A stretch of 64,000 nt of DNA. Source: an uncultured Thermoleophilaceae bacterium. GTDB lineage: Bacteria > Actinomycetota > Thermoleophilia > Solirubrobacterales > Thermoleophilaceae. Below are positions 56,995 through 64,000 of this stretch, piece after piece; the first letter of the stretch is position 1, and each line of letters begins with the position of its first letter. The translations under genes were made by a program, and so were the position numbers. The notes beneath the pieces were generated by a model that was given only the letters and a program-made list of their open reading frames with translations, was not told where the DNA came from and did not search any database. The DNA lies in NCBI GenBank assembly GCA_963837445.1, contig CAWINK010000014.1, positions 9,487 through 73,486 on the forward strand, written 5' to 3'.

Positions 56995-57845
56995 GCCAGC
57001 TCGACGTGGCGGCGCTGGGGCGCCCGATCAAGGGCCCGTCGGCCCTCGGCACCGACCTTCGGCGCCTGTTGCACCTGTCGGTGACGCTCGCGGTGATGGA
57101 GTTCAAGCTGCGCTTCTTCGGCTCCGTGCTGGGCTACCTGTGGCAGCTCATGCGCCCGCTGCTCCTGTTCGGCGTGCTGTACGTGGTGTTCACCGAGTTC
57201 GTGCAGCTCGGCGCGGGCGTGCGCTTCTACCCGGCCGTCCTGCTCACAGGCATCGTCCTGTTCACGTTCTTCTCGGACGCCACGAGCAGGTCGGTGACCG
57301 CCGTGGCGGACCGGGAGAGCCTGGTGCGAAAGATCGAGTTCCCGCGCCTCGTGGTGCCGCTGGCGGTGCTCCTGATCTCGCTGTTCAACCTGATCCTGAA
57401 CCTGCTCGCCGTGCTCGTGTTCGTAATCGCCACGGGCGTGGAGCCGCGTCTCGAGTGGCTGGCCCTGCCGCTGCTGCTGCTGCCGCTCGGCCTCTTCGCC
57501 GGCGGCCTCGCGATGCTGCTTTCCGCGCTGTATGTGCGCTTCCGCGACGTGCAGCCGATCTGGGAGGTCATGCTTCAGGTCCTCTTCTACGGATCACCGA
57601 TCCTCTACGTTCTCGAGATTCTCCCGACCGAGCAGCTCCAGCACCTGGTGGTGTGGTTCAACCCGATCGCGACGATCCTCGTGCAGTCTCGCCACAGCCT
57701 GATCGACGAAACGGCGCCCAACGTGTGGGACGCCGCCGGCGGCATGGTGTACCTCGCGATCCCGGGTGCGATCGTGCTCGGCGTGCTCGTGCTCGGCTTC
57801 TGGGTGTTCAACCGCGAGGCGCCGCGGATCGCGGAGGAGCTGTGA
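56991..57845 (+). CDS. ABC-2 type exporter permease (Wzm/TagG-like)
   Basis: GTG at 56991 overlaps the upstream stop. Six hydrophobic helices. MEFKLRFFGSVLGYLWQLMRPLL is the typical N-terminal block. Confidence 0.85.
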   Translation: MSQLDVAALGRPIKGPSALGTDLRRLLHLSVTLAVMEFKLRFFGSVLGYLWQLMRPLLLFGVLYVVFTEFVQLGAGVRFYPAVLLTGIVLFTFFSDATSRSVTAVADRESLVRKIEFPRLVVPLAVLLISLFNLILNLLAVLVFVIATGVEPRLEWLALPLLLLPLGLFAGGLAMLLSALYVRFRDVQPIWEVMLQVLFYGSPILYVLEILPTEQLQHLVVWFNPIATILVQSRHSLIDETAPNVWDAAGGMVYLAIPGAIVLGVLVLGFWVFNREAPRIAEEL

Positions 57846-58087
57846 GCGACAAGGAGGCGCTCGAGCGGGCGATCGAGGAGCGCAACCGGCTCTGGTCCGA
57901 GCTCCAGGAGAAGAACGCCCGCGAGGCGGACGTCGAGTACTGGCGCAACCGCGCCACCGACATCGAGCGCTCGCGCTGGTGGCGCGCGGGCTTTCCGCTG
58001 CGCTACCTGAAGCGCTTCGTGGCCGACCCGGCAGGCATGCTCGAAGGGCGTGCGCACGCCATCCGGCGCCGCCGGCGTGGCGCGTGA
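57842..58087 (+). CDS. small coiled-coil protein, translationally coupled within the exporter operon
   Basis: 81 aa from the GTG at 57842 (GTGA overlaps on both sides): VSDKEALERAIEERNRLWSELQEKNAREADVEYWRNR... Confidence 0.4.
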   Translation: MSDKEALERAIEERNRLWSELQEKNAREADVEYWRNRATDIERSRWWRAGFPLRYLKRFVADPAGMLEGRAHAIRRRRRGA

Positions 58088-60285
58088 GCGTCGTCACCGT
58101 CGCCATCCCGGTGCTGAACGGCGCGCGCTACCTCGACGAGGTGCTGACGGCCATCCGGGCGCAGCGCGTGGACCGGGAGGTCGAGATCCTGATCGTGGAC
58201 TCCGGCTCCACGGACGGCTCGCTCGAGATCGCGCGCCGCCACGGCGCGGTCGTACACGAGATCGATCCCGGCGAGTTCTCGCATGGCGGCACCCGCAACC
58301 GGATGATGGCCATGGCGCGCGGCGAGCACGTGGCGTTCCTGACCCAGGACGCGACGCCCGCGGACGAGCGCTGGCTCGCCGCGCTGCTCGAGGGCTTCGA
58401 GCAGGCGGACGACGTGGCCGCGGTGTTCGGCCCTCACGAGGCCCGGCCCGACGCGAGCCACATGATCAAGTCGGAGATGGAGCGGCACTTCGCGAGCTGG
58501 GGAGCCGGAGGCAGGGAGATCGACGTGCAGCGGCTCGACCGCTCGCCTGAGGGCCTTGCGGCCTACCGCGACTTCCCCGGGCAGCTCACGTTCCTCTCCG
58601 ACGTGAACTGCGCGGTGGCCCGCTGGGCCTGGGAGCGAGTGCCCTACCGCGAGGTGCCGTATGCCGAGGACCAGCTCCTCGGACGCGAGCTGATCGAGGC
58701 GGGGTTCGCGAAGGTGTTCCACCCCGCGGCGCGAGTGCTCCACTCGCACGACTACCCGCCGCTCGCCTTCTTCCGCCGCTACTTCGACGAGTTCCGCTCG
58801 CTGCGCGAGGTGCTCGGCTTCCGCCAGCCCTGGGGGCCGCGCCGCACCGTGAACGACGTGCGCGGCCTCGTGGGCGCCGACAAGCGCTGGCTCCAGGCGC
58901 AGGGTGTGAGCGGTGGCGGGCTCGTGGCGGCGCTGCTCGTCTCGGGGCGTCACCATGCCGGACGCATGGCTGGATCGATCATCGGCACCCGCGCGGACCG
59001 GCTCCCGGCCGCGCTGCGGCGAGTGCTCTCACTCGAAGGCCGCGCGAGCTTCACGCCTCATCAGGTCCCGGGCGGCCTGCTCGGCCAGGGCGCGGAGACG
59101 GCGGGCGGCGACTGGGAGTGGGAGTTCGTGCGCCGGGCCTACCCGCGGCGGCCGCTCGCGCTCGAGCAGCACGAGGGCCACAGCGGCGGTCCGCTCACGA
59201 TCGCCTGGGTCGTGCCCTCGTGGAACGTGGGCTCCGGCGGCCATACGACGATCTTCCGGCTCGTGCGCCAGCTGGAGCAGCGCGGGCACCGCTGCTCGAT
59301 CCACCTGTTCGATCCGGACCGCAACGAGGACCGCTCGGGCGGCGAGCTGCGCGAGGAGATCCGCAGCCGCTTCGTGGAGGTGGACGCCCCGGTGTTCCGC
59401 GACCTCGAGCGCTTCAGCGGCGCCGACGTGGCGATCGCGACCGAGTGGCGCACCGCCTTCCCTGTGCGCGACCTGCCCGGCTGCCGCGAGAAGGTCTACC
59501 TGGTGCAGGACGACGAGCCGCAGTTCTACGCGACCTCCTCCCAGTCGATCTGGGCCGAGGAGAGCTACCGCATGGGCTACCGCTGCATCGCCTACACGCC
59601 CTGGATGGCCGACATCCTCCGCGAGCGCTGGGGGCTCGAGGCGCACCACTTCGAGTGCGGGACCGACACCGACGTGTACGAGTTCGCCGACGAGACGGGC
59701 AGGGAGCCCGGCCTGGTGGCTCTGTACGCGCGCAAGGAGACCGACCGGCGCGCGGTGGACCTCGCCCTGGCCGGCCTGGCCACGGCGTTCGAGCGCCGGC
59801 CGAGCCTGCGCGTGGTGGCGTACGGCTCGAACGTCGAGGTGCCGGCACCGTTCCCGCTGGAGGACCTCGGCGTACAGCCGCCCACGGAACTGGCGAAGCT
59901 CTACCGCCGCGCCAGCGTCGGCGTCGTGTTCTCGCTCACCACCCACTCGCTCGTGGCCCACGAGATGATGGCCTCTGGTCTGCCGGTGGTGGAGCTGGAG
60001 GGCCACAACGTGGCGTCCGCGCTCGGTGGCTCCGGCGAGCTCGTGGAGCTGGCGGAGCGCACGCCCGACTCGATCGCCGATGCCGTGGAGCGGCTGCTCG
60101 ACGATCGCGAGCGCGCCGCCGCGATGGCGCGCAGGGCACGCTCCTTCGTCGAGGAGCGCACCTGGGAGCGCGCGGGTGAACAGGTGGAGACCGCGCTCCT
60201 GGACTACATGGCGCGGCCGCGCTCAGGCGTCGCCGGCGAGGCCGTGCAGCCGCAGGTCCGCGGCGAGACGCCCGTACACGACTGA
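58084..60285 (+). CDS. bifunctional glycosyltransferase (N-terminal GT2, C-terminal GT4/WsaF-like domain)
   Basis: VAIPVLNGARYLDEVLTAIRAQ...ILIVDSGSTDGS...FLTQDATP (GT2). Later LTIAWVVPSWNVGSGGHTTIFR...VVFSLTTHSLVAHEMMASGLPVVELEG. GTG start at 58084. Confidence 0.8.
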   Translation: MSVVTVAIPVLNGARYLDEVLTAIRAQRVDREVEILIVDSGSTDGSLEIARRHGAVVHEIDPGEFSHGGTRNRMMAMARGEHVAFLTQDATPADERWLAALLEGFEQADDVAAVFGPHEARPDASHMIKSEMERHFASWGAGGREIDVQRLDRSPEGLAAYRDFPGQLTFLSDVNCAVARWAWERVPYREVPYAEDQLLGRELIEAGFAKVFHPAARVLHSHDYPPLAFFRRYFDEFRSLREVLGFRQPWGPRRTVNDVRGLVGADKRWLQAQGVSGGGLVAALLVSGRHHAGRMAGSIIGTRADRLPAALRRVLSLEGRASFTPHQVPGGLLGQGAETAGGDWEWEFVRRAYPRRPLALEQHEGHSGGPLTIAWVVPSWNVGSGGHTTIFRLVRQLEQRGHRCSIHLFDPDRNEDRSGGELREEIRSRFVEVDAPVFRDLERFSGADVAIATEWRTAFPVRDLPGCREKVYLVQDDEPQFYATSSQSIWAEESYRMGYRCIAYTPWMADILRERWGLEAHHFECGTDTDVYEFADETGREPGLVALYARKETDRRAVDLALAGLATAFERRPSLRVVAYGSNVEVPAPFPLEDLGVQPPTELAKLYRRASVGVVFSLTTHSLVAHEMMASGLPVVELEGHNVASALGGSGELVELAERTPDSIADAVERLLDDRERAAAMARRARSFVEERTWERAGEQVETALLDYMARPRSGVAGEAVQPQVRGETPVHD

Positions 60286-60943
60286 GGCGCGCTGCGCGTG
60301 CGCCTTCCGGCGCCCCCAGGCGGTCACGCGGGCGAACGCGTCGGGCAGGCGCCGGTAGGCCTCGACCAGCGTCACGGCCTCCTCGGGATCCACGAACTCG
60401 AGATGGTCGAGGCCGTCCTCGAGACCGAATGAGGCCGACACCCGGGGCACGATCAGGAGCCGGCGGGCGGCGAGGACCGGGAATGAGCGAGCGGGGAGCA
60501 CGCCGCCGGGCTCGGTGAGGATCACGCAGGCGGCCTCCGCCAGCCGGTCGGCGTCGAGCGCGTCGAGCTCGTCGATCTGGACGCCGCGCGCGGCGGCCCG
60601 CTCCACGATCAGCCGCGCGTGCGTCCGAGTCGTCACCCGTGACCACGGCGCGCGCACCCGCGGGCGGGTCGAGCTCGAACAGCGCGTCCGCCGCCGGCCA
60701 CGGCGCCACCCTCCAGAGGCCCTCGCCCGCGGGGGCGATGAGGCGCTCCGCCGGCGGATCGCCCGCGCGCGGGGGGCGATCGAGCCAGCGCACCGCCGGG
60801 GGCGGCTCGGCGGGCGCCCGAGCAAGCGCCACAACGGGGGCGGTGCCACGAGTTTCGGGTCGCATAGCGACCGTTTCTCGTGGCACCGCGAGGCCCGCGA
60901 GCGATTCGTCCGCCGGCGCTGCCCTCACTGCGAGCGTGGTCAC
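60223..60943 (-). pseudogene. CgeB-like/DUF3880-type glycosyltransferase-related protein, one frameshift near 60625
   Basis: N-terminal VTTLAVRAAP...GLWRVAPWPAADALFELDPPAGARAVVTGDDSD is in one frame. THARLIVERAAARGVQIDELD...FPVLAARRLLIVPRVSASFGLEDGLDHLEFVDPEEAV is in the next. The GTG at 60941-60943 overlaps the upstream stop. Confidence 0.5.
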
Positions 60944-62166
60944 GTGCGCCCCCGTCCGGCGCGCCTCGCCGCGCGACCCAGGCGCTTGCCGGCGCGGCCG
61001 ATCCGGAGCACGGGCGAGTTGCGGACGCGAGCGAGCTCCGCTCGCGTCTCCTCGAGCATCTCGCCGCAGTCGTCGCGGCTCGCGCTGAGCTCGCGGACCA
61101 GTGCCTCGGCCGCGATCAGCGCCTCCTCGGTAGCGCCGGCCCGGCGCTCGAAGCGCGCCCGGCCGAGCTCCGTGTTGAGGGCCAGCGTGCGGAGCAGGAG
61201 GGCGTCGTCGGCCGCGGGCGGGTCGCCGCCAATGATCTCGAGGAGCGCCTCGTGCAGCATCCGGGTCGACTGCTCGGGCGTCGGCCAGCGGTCCGCCGTC
61301 GCGCGCGCCCCAGCGGACAGCGTCTCGAGCAGGTGGCGATCGCGCGCGAGCAGATCGAGCGCCGCCGTGGTGCCGGGCGGATCGTCGAAGCCCACCACCA
61401 GCGCGTTCTCGCCATGGCGCGCGTACTCCTCGTGGCCGGTGTAGGGGGTGAGCACACACGGCACCCCGGCATGAAAGGCCTCCACCGGCGCCAGCCCGAG
61501 CCCCTCCACGCGCGAGAGCTTCAGCAGCACGTCGCTCTCCCGATACAGGGCTGCCATGCCTGCTGCGTCGAGCCCGCCGACCACCTGGTCGACCCCCACC
61601 CCGCTCGCCGAGCCCGGATCGAGCGCCACCAGCGTTGAGGCCACCGGCTCGCGCATCGCTCTAACCGCGGCCACGGCCTCCGGAACGCCCTTGAAGGGCA
61701 GCGTGGGCTGCCCCTCGATCAGCACCCTGAGCGGCCCGTCGCGACCTTCGCCGCGGTCGGCGGCGAAGGTCTCCCGGTCGATGCCCGGCGGGACCACCCA
61801 GCAACCCGCGTGCGGCCGGATCTCCGTGAGCAGGTCTCGTATCCACGGCGCCACGGCCACGAAGTCGAGCGGCAGCGAGAGCGCGGCCTCCGCGGAGAGC
61901 CGTTCGAACGGGGCGTCGGCGTCGTAGAAGCGCTGCTCGAAGCTCTGGAGCAGCATGGCCCTGCGCGGCGTGTCGATGTCCCAGAGCGCGGCCGCGGTCT
62001 GCCACCAGGTGCCGATCGCGATGTCGTAGGAGCGCCCGGCGGCCTCGTGCATCACCACCAGGTCCGCCTCCACACCGTGCTCGCGCTCGAGCTGGAGCGC
62101 ATGCTGGCGCGCAACACCGACGCCGCCCGAGGGCCGCAGACTGGGCAACACGAAGCAGACGCGCAT
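60940..62166 (-). CDS. glycosyltransferase family 4 with a C-terminal coiled-coil extension
   Basis: MRVCFVLPSLRPSGGVGV...LKLSRVEGLGLAPVEAFHAGVPCVLTPYTGHEEYARHGENALVV. Confidence 0.8.
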   Translation of the reverse strand: MRVCFVLPSLRPSGGVGVARQHALQLEREHGVEADLVVMHEAAGRSYDIAIGTWWQTAAALWDIDTPRRAMLLQSFEQRFYDADAPFERLSAEAALSLPLDFVAVAPWIRDLLTEIRPHAGCWVVPPGIDRETFAADRGEGRDGPLRVLIEGQPTLPFKGVPEAVAAVRAMREPVASTLVALDPGSASGVGVDQVVGGLDAAGMAALYRESDVLLKLSRVEGLGLAPVEAFHAGVPCVLTPYTGHEEYARHGENALVVGFDDPPGTTAALDLLARDRHLLETLSAGARATADRWPTPEQSTRMLHEALLEIIGGDPPAADDALLLRTLALNTELGRARFERRAGATEEALIAAEALVRELSASRDDCGEMLEETRAELARVRNSPVLRIGRAGKRLGRAARRAGRGRT

Positions 62167-62169
62167 CGG

Positions 62170-63624
62170 CTAGCCGTAGAAGCGCGAGATCATGAGCAGC
62201 TGGCCAAGCAGGCCGTGCCCCATGGCGAGCAGGACGAAGAGCGCTCCCACCAGCCGCCCGTAGCGGCGGCCGGCGCCGAGCGCGGCAAGGGCCACGAACG
62301 CCGCGTAGAAGGCCAGGAACGGGAACAGGTAGCGGGCCTGCGCGAAGTCGTACCCCGTGTCGCGCGTGAAGCGGATCCCCAGGAAGCCAATCGAGCCCAT
62401 CACGCCGAGCGCCAGGACCGCGTAGGTGAGCAGCTCCGGCCAGCGCGCCAAGAGCGCGGCGCGGCGCCGCCAGAGCGCCAGCCCCGCGAGCAGGGTGAGC
62501 GGCACGTAGATACCGAACGCCACACGGTATGGCCAGACGCCCCAGTAGGTGTCGAGCCAGCCGAACTTTCCGATGAAGCCGCGGAACCACACCTCGTAGG
62601 GCGGGAAGTAGCCGAACTGGTCGAGCATGAAGGGGAGCCGCGGGAGGTAGAGCTGCCACGTGTAGCCGATCTGCTCGCGCAGGTTGATTGTGGGCGCGGC
62701 GCCGGCGTTCACCGCCGCGTTGGTGGCGTTCTCCACGCCCCCGCCGAACATCGGGCGGTCCCAGGCCAGTTCGTTCAGCAGGGCGTACACCGCCACCGCC
62801 AACCCGAGCAGCGCGACGGCGATGCCCGCCCCTTTCAGCGCGTCACGCCGCTCGCGGGCCCGCCACGCCAGCAGTCCGAGCGCGAGCAGCGCGCCGGGAA
62901 GCAGGGCCACGAAGTTCAGCTTCGAGAGCACCCCCACGGCAAGCGCGGCGCCGATCCCCGCTCCGAGCGCCGGCGTCAGCCCGCGCCGGAACGCGCGCGC
63001 CAGCCCGAACAGCAGCGCCGCGCTGGCCATGAATAGGAGGTTGTCCGGATGAACCCCGGAGGAGATGAAGCCGAACATGGGCTGGAACGCGACCGCGAGC
63101 GCGCCCACGGTCCACGTCCAGGGCTCGCTGAAGAGCTCGCGCAGGAACATGAAGGCGAACAGGGTGGTGCCCGCCGCCAGCAGCGCGGAGAAGAGCCGGA
63201 TCAGCATTACGCGCTGAGTGATGCCCTTCCAGGGGGACGCGTGGTAGATCACGACCCCGACCGCGTAGTAGAGCGGCGGCTGCCCCGAAGTCTCGATGAT
63301 GCCGCCGCCGCTCGACGGGTCGAGCCGGTCACGCTCGGCGTTGTCGAGGACGACCTCCATCGCCTCGGTGGGCACCACCAGCTCGTTGGGATCGCCGAGC
63401 GTGTCGTTGAAGCGAAGCGCGTCCATCACGGACGCCTGCTCGTGAGAGATCCCGTCGCCGTCCGGGATGTTCGGCACCAGGCCGGTCTCCGCGAAGTACT
63501 GGACGTACGCGAAGTGCGACGTCTCGTCGGGTACGTGGAAGACCGGCGTGATGCACGCCCATACCGCCGCGTTCAGGAAGGCCACGACCGCGCACCAGCG
63601 GGCCGCCGCCGGCACCCTCTTCAA
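62170..63624 (-). CDS. DUF2142-like / GT-C-fold polytopic membrane protein (candidate glycan polymerase or transferase)
   Basis: TPVFHVPDETSHFAYVQY near the first helix, then more than 10 hydrophobic segments. The TTG start at 63622-63624 overlaps the upstream stop (TTGA). Confidence 0.65.
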   Translation of the reverse strand: MKRVPAAARWCAVVAFLNAAVWACITPVFHVPDETSHFAYVQYFAETGLVPNIPDGDGISHEQASVMDALRFNDTLGDPNELVVPTEAMEVVLDNAERDRLDPSSGGGIIETSGQPPLYYAVGVVIYHASPWKGITQRVMLIRLFSALLAAGTTLFAFMFLRELFSEPWTWTVGALAVAFQPMFGFISSGVHPDNLLFMASAALLFGLARAFRRGLTPALGAGIGAALAVGVLSKLNFVALLPGALLALGLLAWRARERRDALKGAGIAVALLGLAVAVYALLNELAWDRPMFGGGVENATNAAVNAGAAPTINLREQIGYTWQLYLPRLPFMLDQFGYFPPYEVWFRGFIGKFGWLDTYWGVWPYRVAFGIYVPLTLLAGLALWRRRAALLARWPELLTYAVLALGVMGSIGFLGIRFTRDTGYDFAQARYLFPFLAFYAAFVALAALGAGRRYGRLVGALFVLLAMGHGLLGQLLMISRFYG

Positions 63625-64000
63625 GATTCGGCCTCCCGCACCACGAGGCGCAGCGCCAGGAACCACGCGAGGGCCATCACGAGCGCGACGACCGCGAGCA
63701 GCCAGGGGCCGAAGGGATTGAGCTTTGCCAGCCCGAACCGGTGAGCGACCGTGGGGAGCAACGCGAGGCGCGACTCGGAGCCGGGACGCAGCCACGCGAG
63801 CCGCACCTTGTCGCCGCGCCCGTAGAGCACGGTCCGCCCGCCGGGCCCGGTGCGGATGCAGACGCGAGCCCCGGGCACCGACTCGTCGATCGGGTCGACA
63901 GGGATAACAACCCGCCCCTCGCGCTCGCCGGCCGGGAGGCGGCCTCTGCTCACGAGTCTCCGTCCCTGGGCGGTCACCGTGACGGTGAGGTCCGGCGTCG
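63621..64000 (-). CDS. hypothetical protein with a C-terminal TM helix, 5-prime end beyond the window
   Basis: The ORF is open to the right edge. It has beta-rich sequence, then PWLLAVVALVMALAWFLALRLVV. Translationally coupled to the DUF2142-like gene. Confidence 0.35.
   Translation of the reverse strand, partial: TPDLTVTVTAQGRRLVSRGRLPAGEREGRVVIPVDPIDESVPGARVCIRTGPGGRTVLYGRGDKVRLAWLRPGSESRLALLPTVAHRFGLAKLNPFGPWLLAVVALVMALAWFLALRLVVREAES

Overview
This is a high-GC, Actinomycetota-like chromosomal window. Several families suggest a Thermoleophilia/Solirubrobacterales-type genome, but that is inference only. All calls come from reading the ORF track plus hand translation; no searches were run.

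Layout:
- 0-5.2 kb: c-di-GMP and membrane genes.
- 5.25-17.35 kb: a composite restriction/defence island ending at the 3-prime side of tRNA-Thr(CGU). It holds a Vsr / HNH nuclease / Dcm module, a GmrSD-type DUF262-DUF1524 gene, a type III-like Mod-Res pair and an FRG-domain gene.
- 17.4-45 kb: housekeeping and regulatory genes, including holB, tmk, an OmpR-type two-component system, nrdR-nrdJ with NrdR boxes, an ECF sigma/anti-sigma fusion with an HD-GYP gene, typA, and a second ECF sigma pair.
- 45-64 kb: a large glycan biosynthesis/export cluster. It has glycosyltransferases, a pyruvyl transferase, a sulfotransferase, a Wzm/Wzt-like ABC exporter, a DUF2142-like membrane protein and two QueC-like PP-loop paralogs.

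Dominant anomaly: every recognisable gene in the island is broken by many frame switches, while its conserved motifs stay almost perfect. Sparser frameshifts also hit flanking housekeeping genes, including essential tmk. All pseudogene calls are therefore 'as assembled' and may be technical.

Most interesting candidates:
- the island and its 143-nt direct-repeat architecture;
- the operon of a QueC-like gene, a pyruvyl transferase and a second QueC-like gene;
- an uncharacterised ~190-aa module shared between two glycan-cluster proteins.

No rRNA, CRISPR array, integrase or transposase was seen.
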